64,000 nucleotides of DNA from a virus, in UHGV virus genome UHGV-0026213; one strand, 5' to 3'. Position numbers and translations under genes: made by a program. Below the pieces are notes generated by a model, which saw nothing but the letters and a program-made list of their open reading frames with translations, did not search any database and was not told where the DNA came from. The number at the start of each line of letters is the position of its first letter. The first letter of the stretch is position 1. This document shows positions 1 to 11,559 of the stretch, one piece after another.

Positions 1-1589
1 TCTTTTGCGAACAACCACCCTTGACGCGACGTGACAGCTTTGTCGTTCGTGGCATCAATCGCATCCCACAGCTGTAAGATACCATCCACGGTCGCACTAC
101 CAATCGGGACATTATCCAAATCGGCGGTAGTGTGCGTGTGCTCCTTCACACTTTTATTTTTCAGCACATTCGCTAACGCTTTTGTTACCGGTTTAGCGAT
201 CGGCATGGTGTTATCCATCTTATCGATACCGAAATCGGTTTTCGTTAAGGTTAACACCATTTTATCGCCCGTCTTAACAAACCCTTTACCGTTAACCGTG
301 TAGTCATCGTCAACGTACAGGTCCAAGCGGTCTTTTAATTCGGTCACCGCCTTTTGGGAAATAGCAGTGCCTAGTGCTACGGAGGTTGCGATATTCGTAA
401 TCGAAAACACCCCATAAACCGACTCAGTTGCTGTGGGAATATTCGCGTTCAACGTTAGCGGATTAGACTGCTTCGCTGTACCGTATGGTTTTACGGTGTC
501 TGATGGTTTGAAATAGGCATTTGCTTCAAGTAACGTTACAGACGTCAGGTACATGTTCACCATTTCTGGTGTAACCAAATACACAGAGTTGTAAACCGGC
601 GCTAATACATCCTGTTCTGTCCCAGAGTGTACCCAAAGCGTATTCAGTCCCGCACTAAATTCAACCGCCAAACCCGATTCGTTGTTGTCCTGGTCTGCTT
701 TAATCACCAACGGTTGTGGTGAGGTAATTAACCACTTATCACCACGGATGCTGATAATGTGTCCGCCTGCTGTTTTAAACGTCAGTTCGTTACCGTTCGT
801 GCTACCCCAACGACCGTAAACGGTACCAAGGGCTTCACCCATTAACTGATCAACGTCTGATTGCTCAATACCCGCCGAACCCATCAGCGTAGCCAATTCG
901 TCAATCGTCAGTCCAAACGCTTTTGTAGCGTCGACAGCACGTCCCAAAACCGGAAGGGCACCAACATCAGTGGTCGTATACTGGTGTGCGTTAGGATTAA
1001 GGTGGTGTTGGTATAACTCCTCGTCGAAAACCTTTTTACCGTTCTCGTAAATCAGGTTAGTGACTTCGGTAAACGCTGCATCTAACTCTGTTGAACGTTG
1101 AATGATTTTCTTACGGATGTCGTTTAACGCTTTAACAACCTCATCCCTCAGAATAGCTTCTTCTAAGTTAGCAGGAGGATCGATGGGTTGAATAACTGGC
1201 GCATACGCCATTAACTCTGACCAGTCCACGTTACGTGGGTCTTTCAGGTCAGTACGAACTAAGAACTTTCCGATTTCAGATTGTGGTACACGATACTGGC
1301 GTGCTACCCCTAAAATCTCATATTCTATTTCTGTTGCGGTCAGCAACATGAACCCGCCGTAAATCTGATCTTGCTCAGCTTCTGCGAGTTCTTTAAAGTA
1401 ATAGCCTAAATAGTAGTCCAACCCCTCAATCAGAGTACGACGTCCGTTAGGCGCGGTATCGTCGGCTACTGTGAGTTTTAATCCGATACGATAAAAAGGT
1501 CCTTCGGGCGGAATGACCACATTAAATCGGTTAGGGTACGTCGCTGTGCTTAACGTACCGTTAAACTGCGCCGCGTCTTCTCTCGGCAT
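1..1589 (-). CDS. Tail fibre protein, N-terminal part (C-terminus lies beyond the window start)
   Basis: Hand translation of the minus strand from an ATG near 1589 with AGGAG SD gives an open frame to position 1 (MPREDAAQFNGTLSTATYPNRF...). Position after two other fibre genes and a His-rich stretch (EHTHTT) support a fibre call. Not in the ORF track because there is no stop in the window. Confidence 0.45.
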   Translation of the reverse strand, partial: MPREDAAQFNGTLSTATYPNRFNVVIPPEGPFYRIGLKLTVADDTAPNGRRTLIEGLDYYLGYYFKELAEAEQDQIYGGFMLLTATEIEYEILGVARQYRVPQSEIGKFLVRTDLKDPRNVDWSELMAYAPVIQPIDPPANLEEAILRDEVVKALNDIRKKIIQRSTELDAAFTEVTNLIYENGKKVFDEELYQHHLNPNAHQYTTTDVGALPVLGRAVDATKAFGLTIDELATLMGSAGIEQSDVDQLMGEALGTVYGRWGSTNGNELTFKTAGGHIISIRGDKWLITSPQPLVIKADQDNNESGLAVEFSAGLNTLWVHSGTEQDVLAPVYNSVYLVTPEMVNMYLTSVTLLEANAYFKPSDTVKPYGTAKQSNPLTLNANIPTATESVYGVFSITNIATSVALGTAISQKAVTELKDRLDLYVDDDYTVNGKGFVKTGDKMVLTLTKTDFGIDKMDNTMPIAKPVTKALANVLKNKSVKEHTHTTADLDNVPIGSATVDGILQLWDAIDATNDKAVTSRQGWLFAK

Positions 1590-1683
1590 CGTAAAGACTC
1601 CTACTTTTAAATAAAATGGATACCCCTCCCCGTTACAGGGAGGGGTTACCTACGGACACACAACTGCCCGTAGGCAGCCTGTC

Positions 1684-4600
1684 CTAAGTACGATCCCCTA
1701 ACTGCTTCCCGTTAAGTTCTCGTTTCAGTACAGCCAAAATCCACTTCCACGCTTTACTCGTGATGTGGTACGGATTGCGTTTCTCCATTAAGAACTGACT
1801 TTCGCCGCTACGGAGTTCGAAGCTCTGCGCATTGAGTTGGTCTTGGCGAACACCGTTCTCGTCAGTGACATCTAACGAACAGGTAAAGTTAAGCTCGTAG
1901 CCTTCAGGATTATTACCCGGTGGTTCTAAGACAATATAAATATCCTGCCCTACACGTAGATCCTTTGGCGTAAGGGTAACTGCTTTACCTGTGTCGGCGC
2001 TGGTCGAAAGCGCAAACGGCACGCTATCAATAGCTGATACATACGCGTCCTTCCCAGCATCGCCGATAATCACCTTACCCGGCCAGTTACACTTCACCGT
2101 TCCTGTCACTTTTGCAATACGGTACTGCTGTTTATCAGTACCTTGTGCAAAGCGTAAAATGAGTTTATGCCGATACCGGTTTGCGGCAGCTTTGGATGTA
2201 CTCCACTCATTGTTCCAGGAGGTATGAAGTTCACCTTTCTTGGCCATCAAAGCACCACGAGACAGCTTACGTGGGAAGAATTGTGCCGGAAGTTGCCCAT
2301 CGTGGGAGATCGCTACACTCCCTTGTCCGGTTGGAAGTGCTATTGTTTCCGTAGGGCAATAATTTAACTCACTCACGTATGATGTAGGATCGATCAATTT
2401 CTGATAGTAATCACCGTCCTTACTGTCCGCTAACCAACCAACGGAAGAGTCCGTATACGATTCAAACAGTGAACGTAAATAGTGATACTTATCGATATCG
2501 ATGTTACCCGTTTTTGGATCGATCAGAGCATGGTTAATAGTGAGGAAACACTTCTCACTCAAACCATTAAACGCCAAACCCACACCGTCACCAGTAAAAT
2601 AGTCTACCAGGTCAAATGGAAGCGTCATTTCTATTTGTCGCAAGTTGATAGTCGTTGAACCAAACTGCGAAAAAGATAGCGCTAAACGAAGTACACGAGT
2701 ATTAACATTATAACGATAACGTATCATCCCACGCGGCGCGTGGTTCGCGGAGATCTTATCACCGTTTGCGCCCCACCCAATTAAATCGAGTATTTCAGCG
2801 TTTGTTACTTCACCGTTAAACAAAACGTCTTTAGTCGTGATTTCAACTGACGTTTCCCTTCCGGCATCCATTAACATCGAACCGTTATTCAACTCGAAGC
2901 TCTTGTGCCAAACTTCTGAAGTCGAGCCAGCACCTACACCCACCTTACAAGTTTTACTAGTAAGGTTAATACGCACATAACGGCGTCCCACTGTACCGCC
3001 CTGCGAGCTTGCACACAAAATAAGATCAGGTGCCGCAGACAGTGCCTTGGTCCCTGCAATGTCATCAACATCGAAAACGAATGAGCCTTCGAACGTTGGT
3101 GCGTTATTTTCCTTCGGGTTAAATGGTGTAAACCAACAATAAGGCATCGCGCCCTCGGTTGAGAAAATCAACTCTAAGTCAGATTTAACATTTAATCCGT
3201 GGGAATAAGAAAAAAGACCGCGACTTAAGGTACAAAGCGTACCACCACTTCCAGCACCTAACAATTTTCGATATATTAAGGCACGGGGTTCTGGGATAGC
3301 ACGGTTTAATAACGGCAACCGTGGGTTATCCGTTAACGTCCAATCTACAGAACTGAGTCCGTGTGCCTTACGAGTGCTAATGTGCTCACTAACCTCGGCA
3401 CTTTTCCCGAAATCAAATGTGGTTTCAAAACTCACGGTTTTATTCGAGTAGGATTCACCACCTGCAACAATATCAACGTAACCGATATAACCGCGCTCAG
3501 GATCGACTGCAATACTCTGAATTGGCTCAGTACGCGAATACAGAGAGCCTGTGAGCATGTTAACGTACAGATAATGACGAATCCCTACGTGTGTTGTAAC
3601 AAACTCTTGGAGAAGCTCTACGTGCGTTTCAGGCCCACTGAAATAAACGGGGTAGTCACCGTCGTAAATTTCGAATTGCACCGCTGCGGATTTAGCCGTG
3701 TCGCTACACTCAGCTTTAACCGCTACGGTGTAGTTTTCAACGTCCGCTGATGTTTCGTACACTGCAACGAGCGGAGACTGGCCTGTGGCTGCCTGGATAC
3801 CGTTAATGTAAACTGTAACCGGGCCACCCCCTGCGGCATAAACCCAAAGCTTCGGCTGGCGTGCCCTTACCCGCGTTTTTGCCAACACAGTAACAACTGA
3901 CTGGTCGCCCATCTGTGAGGCGGTTTTACCTACCGGAACAGATTGGAAACCCATTAGTGGTGGTTCTTCAATACCTGTCCAGTTAATGCCCTTACCAGCG
4001 CTCACTTTCCCCGTAGGCCAGGTCGTCTCAATTTGGTTGTTCGGTGAGAACCAGTTAAACATCGGCGTAGTTTGCAGGTCAATCGAACCTGTAACGGCGC
4101 TATCAGCTTTCGCGCCGTTCAGCAAATAGAAATACTTCAAATCTTGGACGGAGATTGCCGTACCCTGACTATTAAAGCGCCAGTCTGCGCCTTTTACCGC
4201 AGCGAAATCCGTTACCGACCCTTCTTTCGCGTTTGCAATCGCCGCAGCAACCACATCTAAACGCGCCGAAAGTTCTTTTAAGACGTTCGGCACCACTGCA
4301 CGGTTTTCAACCAAACCGTTCTGGTTAGTTGCGTAACGACCGATACCGTAAACGGTTTGCGAGGCTTTATAAATGCCTAGTTCCGACCAATCGTGGTGGT
4401 GACCTGCATCCGCTAAACCACTAAGCGCCGTATTTAACTCGGTAGACAACGGCTTGTCAACGTCTGCGGTGTTATCCGCTTGCCCTAACCCCAGATCAGC
4501 TTTCGTGATTGTCCTGGAGCCGTCATTCATCGGCTTACCGTTAATCATGGTCGTTTTAGCCACATACCCCGATAGGTCAGTTGAGTATGGTGCTAACGAA

Positions 4601-5892
4601 GCCGGTGTTGCAGCAACCCCAGTCGTTTCTGTACCTTTACCTGTTTTAAGTTTAGCGACGCCTTTTTCGGCGGTTGTCGCTTTTGTTGGGTCGATAGTCC
4701 CCACGATAGGGTCGGCGCGAGAACCTTTACCGGTAAAGCTAATCCCATTACGACCTTCAATGTACACCTTCGAGTCATCAGGGTCGCCACCGCCACCAGA
4801 ACCCGCATCTGGATCTTGTTGGTATTCCATCAACGCCGTGGTAGTCAGTAACGGGTTACCGTTCAGGGTGAGTTTGTTCATCCCTAAAGCATCGCCTGTT
4901 GACTCGATGCGTAATGTGTTTTTACCGGCACGCCAGTTGATATAACGTCCTGCACCCGTACCTTCCAGATGCCCTACCGCTAATACCACAGAACCGTTGG
5001 ATTTTAACGTAAAACCATCGTTGGCAAAAATGATTTCGGACTCACCGTTTTTCGAACGGAACTGTGCGCGGTTTCCTGACACCGTACAGTTAAACACGCC
5101 CCGCACTTCCGAAGAAATCCAGTGAGAGATATACGTATCGATAACCGACTGCGGTAAACGAAACGCTTTCAGCTCATCCGTCAGTGCTTTCAACTTTAAC
5201 CCGTACGCCATAAAGGTGTCGGGTGTTTTCAAGTTAACAGGATGCGCGTTAATCTGCGCGGATGTGGTTTCGTGCGGGTTCTTCGCTGCGATATGTGCTG
5301 GGTAATTAAATGCTTCGATTTCTTTACCCAACGCAGTCACTAACGCTTTAACTTCAGCTAATTTGTCTTTAATTAGCTGGTTAGCGTCGTCGGTTTTCAA
5401 TTCAATATCGTGAACTGCCGACGCTAAATATTTTTTGTTCAGCAAATCCGCCCAGGACGTTGCTGCTGGCGTCGCTGGATATAACGATGGTCTACCGTCT
5501 AATAACAGCCAGTCAGCACTGACTGGGTTATTCAAATATTTCACCAGTTCATCGAGAATATCAACAAACGGGTCGTAGAACGTACCGCCGAGCATTTGTC
5601 CTTCAAAGGTTACGATACCCTTGATGGATGGGTTGATAAGGTGTACCCCACAATACACGTTGGCTGCTACCGAGTCATCCAGTTCCGTCAGCTGATATTG
5701 CAGTTCGTAGTCCACCCCACGACTCAGTGGGGTGGTTGAACCTGGTTGTCTGACGACCAAATCTTCAAAGAACGGGCGGTGGTCTAAAATCACCACCCGA
5801 TCGTTGTTGTTCTCTGACCCGATGATACGCTCCTCTAAGAAGTGATTCTCGGCTTTCGTCCCCCGAGGATCGTAAGGATACGCTTTCATCAA
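1684..5892 (-). CDS. Large tail fibre protein (1402 aa)
   Basis: Contains the fibre-type repeat ITKADLGLGQADNTADVDKPLSTEL, a Gly-rich linker (GGGGDPDD) and an HHH motif; adjacent to another giant fibre gene. Confidence 0.6.
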   Translation of the reverse strand: MMKAYPYDPRGTKAENHFLEERIIGSENNNDRVVILDHRPFFEDLVVRQPGSTTPLSRGVDYELQYQLTELDDSVAANVYCGVHLINPSIKGIVTFEGQMLGGTFYDPFVDILDELVKYLNNPVSADWLLLDGRPSLYPATPAATSWADLLNKKYLASAVHDIELKTDDANQLIKDKLAEVKALVTALGKEIEAFNYPAHIAAKNPHETTSAQINAHPVNLKTPDTFMAYGLKLKALTDELKAFRLPQSVIDTYISHWISSEVRGVFNCTVSGNRAQFRSKNGESEIIFANDGFTLKSNGSVVLAVGHLEGTGAGRYINWRAGKNTLRIESTGDALGMNKLTLNGNPLLTTTALMEYQQDPDAGSGGGGDPDDSKVYIEGRNGISFTGKGSRADPIVGTIDPTKATTAEKGVAKLKTGKGTETTGVAATPASLAPYSTDLSGYVAKTTMINGKPMNDGSRTITKADLGLGQADNTADVDKPLSTELNTALSGLADAGHHHDWSELGIYKASQTVYGIGRYATNQNGLVENRAVVPNVLKELSARLDVVAAAIANAKEGSVTDFAAVKGADWRFNSQGTAISVQDLKYFYLLNGAKADSAVTGSIDLQTTPMFNWFSPNNQIETTWPTGKVSAGKGINWTGIEEPPLMGFQSVPVGKTASQMGDQSVVTVLAKTRVRARQPKLWVYAAGGGPVTVYINGIQAATGQSPLVAVYETSADVENYTVAVKAECSDTAKSAAVQFEIYDGDYPVYFSGPETHVELLQEFVTTHVGIRHYLYVNMLTGSLYSRTEPIQSIAVDPERGYIGYVDIVAGGESYSNKTVSFETTFDFGKSAEVSEHISTRKAHGLSSVDWTLTDNPRLPLLNRAIPEPRALIYRKLLGAGSGGTLCTLSRGLFSYSHGLNVKSDLELIFSTEGAMPYCWFTPFNPKENNAPTFEGSFVFDVDDIAGTKALSAAPDLILCASSQGGTVGRRYVRINLTSKTCKVGVGAGSTSEVWHKSFELNNGSMLMDAGRETSVEITTKDVLFNGEVTNAEILDLIGWGANGDKISANHAPRGMIRYRYNVNTRVLRLALSFSQFGSTTINLRQIEMTLPFDLVDYFTGDGVGLAFNGLSEKCFLTINHALIDPKTGNIDIDKYHYLRSLFESYTDSSVGWLADSKDGDYYQKLIDPTSYVSELNYCPTETIALPTGQGSVAISHDGQLPAQFFPRKLSRGALMAKKGELHTSWNNEWSTSKAAANRYRHKLILRFAQGTDKQQYRIAKVTGTVKCNWPGKVIIGDAGKDAYVSAIDSVPFALSTSADTGKAVTLTPKDLRVGQDIYIVLEPPGNNPEGYELNFTCSLDVTDENGVRQDQLNAQSFELRSGESQFLMEKRNPYHITSKAWKWILAVLKRELNGKQLGDRT

Positions 5893-5902
5893 AAAATTCT
5901 CC

Positions 5903-8900
5903 TTAATCGCGAATGATTACCGCCTGCACTTTATTGTTGGTGTCGATAAACGACATTACGCGCTCCTTGTTAAGATAAGGAGGTATCGGTAACGCAGCGT
6001 AATCCACCAGGTTGTTATTAAATTCAGTTGCCACTAACGCATTAAGCGTTTCGGGGTCTGAACTGACACCGGTCAATTCCATAACGCGCACACGATTTAA
6101 TGAGGAATAGTTGCTAATATAGTCTAACAACGTACCATAGACTTTATTCGCGGTTGCGCTATCTGCCGTAGAACGGATGTTGGCACGAACTTCATCCTCA
6201 TAAAGTCCCCCTAAACCGTAGTAAATAGGGGTATACGGATCGTTAACGATAGGTTCGATATTGAACCCTGTTAAACGGTCGGTTAATGGGATTTTCTGCG
6301 TAGTTCCCCCTGCCGCCGTACAACTTACATATTTGTCCGTCGCAGATAAATGCACCGCGACAGTATACGTAGTCCCCGCTAAGGTCAGTCTTGCACTAAA
6401 CGTTATTGCGTTGGTTGCACTACGGTTGTGGGTAAACGATACTTCAGGTTGTAATGAACTCCACGGTGCTGGCGTGACACGTTTCGTTGGTGTGAAACCC
6501 ACCACTACCGATTTCCCGCTACCGAAGTTCAAACCGAACCCTGCGTAACAATATTCACCGTTACTGTCGGTTAAACGATACCCGCGAGTGATAAGTAACG
6601 ACAACCGCATAAACTCGCCGTCGGTGTTTTTCCAACAACCTAAAACAGTTTCTAACACCGTGCCGGTTTTTGCGTTGCTTTCTGTTTCCCAACTGACTCG
6701 CATTCCTGCGTTCTTAAAAGCTGGGAACATGTTGTGGATAAACCCGTGTAGGTTATCGCTTACCCCTTTCGCGTCAAAAATCCACTTGGATGCGAGCTGG
6801 TCGTATTTCACCCCGTCTAAAGCTTTATACTGCCCACCGGCAACATAACGCCAATCTGCTTCACCGCGTACTACTGCCTGGAGTCCAGAAGCCCAGCAAG
6901 GCGCACCTACTGTTAAGTTAGCTAACCCAAGCGCTGCACGTGACGCGGAGCGCTGAATGTGTGCGTTGTCATCGGCTTTATGATCTTTCAGTTCACGGAA
7001 ATCGCCCAACCGTGTGACATTACGCATCTCCGTAACGAACACCTCAGAAATGTCGTTAACACCAATCAACCCTACACGCGTCATGGTATCCGTTTCAGCC
7101 TGACTGTAGCTGTCGTGGACAATATACTTCGCTTTGTTGTCAACAATATCAACAAAAATCCCTGCGTAGATTTCTGTATTCAATTTCGGAAAACGTTCAC
7201 TGACGTTAATCGTCATCAACGGAACGTCGTATGTTTCACCACCGATAAAATACGTTGAAGCTGGAAGCGTGACCAGAATTTTGTCTTTGACCGTAAGGTC
7301 TATTAAGTCGTTACCAGACTCACCAAAACGTATAATGTCAAGACGTGCCTCCGAGTCAACACCGCTGACAGCGCGCTCCAATTTTTCAATCTGGGATGTC
7401 TGCGCCATTACCACACTCCCATCGAGTGCTAAAGTCACATCATCCACATCCAGACCAAATTTAATCAGACCACGTTGCGCTGTGGTTGCGTTCCCTGTAC
7501 CAAAAGCGGTAAACGGGTGTTGGTGAACTTTAGGCGAGTATTTATCTAACTCCGCACGCTGTGCTGTAGAAATCGGTAAATCGGCATCGGGCGTATTCGC
7601 AACATTACCTAAACCAAAGGTAATCTTATCGATAGTAACCGAGCTGGTAAGTTGCATGTCGTTAATGTACGATTTAACTGCAACTAACTTACCGGTGAAC
7701 TCCGCATCGAGTTTTTCAATCAGTGCTGGCGTTGCTGCAAGGTTTTCAGCGGTACCGAACTCATCGGTCAACTGCCAAGCTGCCAGAGCTGTTGTATCGG
7801 TCGCGGTAGGAAGAATAAAGGTCGCTACGAACGGCGAGGCTTTTATCCCGCTACCGGTGATCGTAACCGTTGTTGTCGAACTTGCGTAGAATAAACCTGT
7901 GCCACCTGCGGTATTGCCTGGCAGATACGGGGCTACGGTGGTGGGGTCTAAGAGTTTTTTACCACGCCACAACAATCCTCGGTCATCGGGGTATAGCACA
8001 AGCTGGTTAGTACCTGCTTGGAACGTTACGGGGTTGTTACCCACGTTAACATCAGTTGAACCTTGGCCAATAAACTTGATGGATTTCGGATCAACAACAA
8101 ACTGGGCACCTAAACGTGTCTCGTCAACAACATCCGGTGCTTTCTTAATGGTAACCGTGTTACCTTTGTTTTGCGAACTAATGGTAACGGCGTCGGCAAC
8201 ATTATTGATCAGCGATTTAAAGTGGTGCTGATTCTCTAATGCTTCTAACGCAGCGTCCATGTTATCGAAGTTAATCCGACCGCTATACGTTTTACCGTTT
8301 ACGGTAATAACGACGTCAAACACGTTCCCTGTACGCTTCAGTTGAAAACGTAGCGTAAAATCCCCATCCGGTATTGCCGGATTAGGAGCTTGAGAAATAT
8401 AACGTACCGACGGTAACGGACTCCCGTAACCGTTCAATGTCAGACTGATAGTAAGGGTACCACCCCAGATTTGACCAGTAATCTCTACGAACTTACCGGA
8501 GTTACTACCCGGGTTTTCGTAGAAACGTAAACCAACCCTACCGACCGCTTCATTACCAGACGCTGTTTTACGTCCAGTAACAATAAAGTCAATATCTTGC
8601 AGGTTGGCAGGCACTGCATTAAAGTTAGCAATGAAACCGCTTTTCGCTCCTGTATAACGAAGCGCGCCGTGATATCTGTGACCACTACTAACATAGCTTT
8701 CGCTAAAATAAGGACTCACGTATTTCGACATCGAGACCGGATCAACTTCCGTCGTGAACGAAGTAAAACCCGGAAGTGTGGTAATCGTGCCGTTAACGTT
8801 CTTGCTCGGCGATTCACGAAGCAGTTTTTTCTGTGCGGTTAACGTTGCTTGTGTTGGGTACTTAGCATTAACATAATCCGTTAACTGCTGTTTCGTCTTC

Positions 8901-10225
8901 CCGTAAGCTAACGCGGCATCTGTCGCAATACCATTCAGCTCTAACGCACGGATCGGACCCCACGTATCGGTGTGCGGGTTGTCCTTACGTGTAACGTGTT
9001 CGTGTGCAGGCGCGTTACGATACAGCTGCTCAACTAACTGATGGTATTTGACTATTAACTGGTAAACATCGTTATCGATGTCAGGTTCTGGTGCGCCGGG
9101 TAAAGAACGAATTTGAATATAATCGTTTTCGGCCGCATACCAGTTTAAATTAATGTTCGTTTTAAACTTCAACCATTTAGCAACATCCGTTTTCGAATAC
9201 CCTGCCGAGAACTCATCAGGCGGCGTATCGACATTGAATGTGTAATCCATGGTCTGTTTATTTGTTTTTACTACGATGACGTAAACACCGTTTCCGGGTT
9301 GACGGGTTACACTAAAATCGATATCGTTTTTTAACTCATCGTCAGTTAAACCGTTGATTAACGTATAATCGTAGTTTGTTGAACCGCTACCAATAGCGAC
9401 CGTTAAGACCAGTGAGATTTTGCGCTGTTTTAGCTGCAGCCGTAGAATACTTGCACCGCCGTTAGCATAACAGAGCATCCAATCGATCTGTTCGTTTGGA
9501 TTCAATTTCGTCATGTCTGGCAGAATAGCAGGAATTATGTGTTTCACTGACAGGGCGTAGTCGTTAAAGGTTGCAGTTTTATAACTCAAGCTATAACGAT
9601 GACGGGCAGTGTTGTAGGTGAAGCCACCTTTATTGTCGTATACGGCATACTGCTCGGAAGTGATAACCTTGCTATTAGCACGGTATTCTAAATCCAGGGT
9701 ATTGCGTGCGATGGGGTTAAGCCGACTCACGACTTCCCCTAACGAATCGCCTAATCCAGCAATAGCCTGCATTAATTCCAGTTCACCTTTCCAATTCTCC
9801 CAATCGAACTGAATATCGACCGGCGGAAAGTAAACGTCCCCGATGACGGTGTCCCACTGACACGCAGACGGGTATTTATCTTTATTGAGTTCGCGTTCTG
9901 CGCTAATCTGTTGTTGGGTAGCCTGACCACAACCAACGGCGTGGTAATCTACCGTAAAATTCGATTTGTATTTGTCATTAACAATCCAAATCATCCCGTG
10001 AATGAGATAGGCTGTGCGCAACATACCGGTCTCGTACGGGTGTGTAATAACGTAATCGTCGCCTAAGGTCAGTGTTTTGCCGCCGCTCTTGACCACCAGG
10101 GATGTGGTGAAAAAAGGGGCGTGGGCAGGTACCAACATTCGGTATTTCGTACCAATGACGGCGACCGCTTCACCGGTTATTTTATTCCCCGGTTTTTTGA
10201 AGTGTGGGTCTAAGACGACAGCCAT
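5903..10225 (-). CDS. Large tail fibre protein (1440 aa)
   Basis: Contains the repeat KITFGLGNVANTPDADLPISTAQRAEL, matching the motif in the neighbouring fibre; 10-nt gap to the downstream gene suggests co-transcription. Confidence 0.6.
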   Translation of the reverse strand: MAVVLDPHFKKPGNKITGEAVAVIGTKYRMLVPAHAPFFTTSLVVKSGGKTLTLGDDYVITHPYETGMLRTAYLIHGMIWIVNDKYKSNFTVDYHAVGCGQATQQQISAERELNKDKYPSACQWDTVIGDVYFPPVDIQFDWENWKGELELMQAIAGLGDSLGEVVSRLNPIARNTLDLEYRANSKVITSEQYAVYDNKGGFTYNTARHRYSLSYKTATFNDYALSVKHIIPAILPDMTKLNPNEQIDWMLCYANGGASILRLQLKQRKISLVLTVAIGSGSTNYDYTLINGLTDDELKNDIDFSVTRQPGNGVYVIVVKTNKQTMDYTFNVDTPPDEFSAGYSKTDVAKWLKFKTNINLNWYAAENDYIQIRSLPGAPEPDIDNDVYQLIVKYHQLVEQLYRNAPAHEHVTRKDNPHTDTWGPIRALELNGIATDAALAYGKTKQQLTDYVNAKYPTQATLTAQKKLLRESPSKNVNGTITTLPGFTSFTTEVDPVSMSKYVSPYFSESYVSSGHRYHGALRYTGAKSGFIANFNAVPANLQDIDFIVTGRKTASGNEAVGRVGLRFYENPGSNSGKFVEITGQIWGGTLTISLTLNGYGSPLPSVRYISQAPNPAIPDGDFTLRFQLKRTGNVFDVVITVNGKTYSGRINFDNMDAALEALENQHHFKSLINNVADAVTISSQNKGNTVTIKKAPDVVDETRLGAQFVVDPKSIKFIGQGSTDVNVGNNPVTFQAGTNQLVLYPDDRGLLWRGKKLLDPTTVAPYLPGNTAGGTGLFYASSTTTVTITGSGIKASPFVATFILPTATDTTALAAWQLTDEFGTAENLAATPALIEKLDAEFTGKLVAVKSYINDMQLTSSVTIDKITFGLGNVANTPDADLPISTAQRAELDKYSPKVHQHPFTAFGTGNATTAQRGLIKFGLDVDDVTLALDGSVVMAQTSQIEKLERAVSGVDSEARLDIIRFGESGNDLIDLTVKDKILVTLPASTYFIGGETYDVPLMTINVSERFPKLNTEIYAGIFVDIVDNKAKYIVHDSYSQAETDTMTRVGLIGVNDISEVFVTEMRNVTRLGDFRELKDHKADDNAHIQRSASRAALGLANLTVGAPCWASGLQAVVRGEADWRYVAGGQYKALDGVKYDQLASKWIFDAKGVSDNLHGFIHNMFPAFKNAGMRVSWETESNAKTGTVLETVLGCWKNTDGEFMRLSLLITRGYRLTDSNGEYCYAGFGLNFGSGKSVVVGFTPTKRVTPAPWSSLQPEVSFTHNRSATNAITFSARLTLAGTTYTVAVHLSATDKYVSCTAAGGTTQKIPLTDRLTGFNIEPIVNDPYTPIYYGLGGLYEDEVRANIRSTADSATANKVYGTLLDYISNYSSLNRVRVMELTGVSSDPETLNALVATEFNNNLVDYAALPIPPYLNKERVMSFIDTNNKVQAVIIRD

Positions 10226-10293
10226 TCTCTACTCCTATAGTCCGTGGGCGTCGAAGTTCATACTATGACTTGAATCTATAGAGGAAAAGAGCT

Positions 10294-11556
10294 GTGACTA
10301 CTGCTTATCAAGTGCGGCCCGACAGCGCTTTTGGCTTCTCTCGAGAGTCCCGTACCTGGGGAGCCATCGATGTCACGCAACCCTTAAATACGTTGTGTTC
10401 AGACTACCACACCTTTGAGATCGGTTTAAGTGCACTTGGTAAAGACTATACGTTAGTCAGCCAATACCATCTTGCCGAGCTACAAAACCGAACAGACACT
10501 TTACAAGATTGGTTAAATGAAAAGGCCGGAAACGTCATCCCCACTCTAAAGGCCGGATTGCCGAAACTCGAATTCAGTTGGGCGCATTACCAATCGATTA
10601 ATGCTGACGTGCCCGTTGAAACGTACCTGTGTCCGCCGGGGTACCACCACAGTCAAGATTTCAGCTTAGACGATGCTGACGACGTTGTCATCGTTTGTGA
10701 GGACAAGTGGAAGGACAAATACCGTAATAGCGTTCTGTACAACATTAACGGTCAGTGGGTACCGCATCAGACGGATACCGTAGGTGTCCGATTACCCGGG
10801 GCCGGTAAAATTGTACGAAGGGCCTGTACGCCAGATATCGGCTGTATGGTTTTTGGTCAGTTAGGGAATGTTAAAACTTACCCCATCGCCAACCTTACCC
10901 TAAACAAGCTCGACACTACACGTGACTATTACTCCACGTTAATGATTTCACTGCCCGAATCTATTACGGGGAAAACGGTGGGTTTCGTCATCGGTGGTCT
11001 GTTACGTTGGTTGCCCCCAGGCGGTTATTTCTCCGACCGTGCGATCATGATTTCTTTACCGAATTTTGATCTTGCGCGGACCGTTCTGGAAACCCGTCGC
11101 TATTACGACTGGGACGCCATCGGTGTAGGGGATTTATCAACGCCTACTAATGTCCAACGTATTCGCAACCCCGAAACATTAAAGGCACTTTTACTCCACG
11201 AGTCTTCGTTTATCTTTACGGTAGATAACCCGTATTTAGAAGAAGAGGTTGTGGGTGTATCGCATAACGCAGTTTGGGGACGTTGTTATCTCAAGGACCC
11301 TAGCGATCCTGATTCTGAAAAACCATTAGGGTACTTAAATAATCGTTTCGGAAAGACGGTGGGCTATTGGCCTACATGGGAGGAGGGTGAGTGGGTATTT
11401 AACACCACGGAGTTCGACAGTCAAAACTACGTCTTTCGTGAAGCCCGGTGGTATAATCAGAAGAAGATTAACGACGCGCAAGCAATCGTCGGTCCATTCG
11501 GTCCCTGGGAAAAAGTGTATTTAGAAATGCATCGCTTTAGAGCACGAAAAAAATAA
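10294..11556 (+). CDS. Hypothetical protein (420 aa), rightward gene inside the leftward fibre cluster
   Basis: Long ORF with GTG start, followed by a hairpin plus T-run terminator; no recognisable motif. Confidence 0.5.
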   Translation: MTTAYQVRPDSAFGFSRESRTWGAIDVTQPLNTLCSDYHTFEIGLSALGKDYTLVSQYHLAELQNRTDTLQDWLNEKAGNVIPTLKAGLPKLEFSWAHYQSINADVPVETYLCPPGYHHSQDFSLDDADDVVIVCEDKWKDKYRNSVLYNINGQWVPHQTDTVGVRLPGAGKIVRRACTPDIGCMVFGQLGNVKTYPIANLTLNKLDTTRDYYSTLMISLPESITGKTVGFVIGGLLRWLPPGGYFSDRAIMISLPNFDLARTVLETRRYYDWDAIGVGDLSTPTNVQRIRNPETLKALLLHESSFIFTVDNPYLEEEVVGVSHNAVWGRCYLKDPSDPDSEKPLGYLNNRFGKTVGYWPTWEEGEWVFNTTEFDSQNYVFREARWYNQKKINDAQAIVGPFGPWEKVYLEMHRFRARKK

Positions 11557-11559
11557 AGT

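Noticed and set aside
3361-3750. Plus-strand ORFs embedded in the giant minus-strand fibre and tape-measure genes (for example 3361-3750, 4454-4945, 6261-6548, 58243-58515, 62215-62751)
   Set aside because: They lie antisense within long, motif-supported coding regions and lack ribosome-binding sites; treated as spurious.
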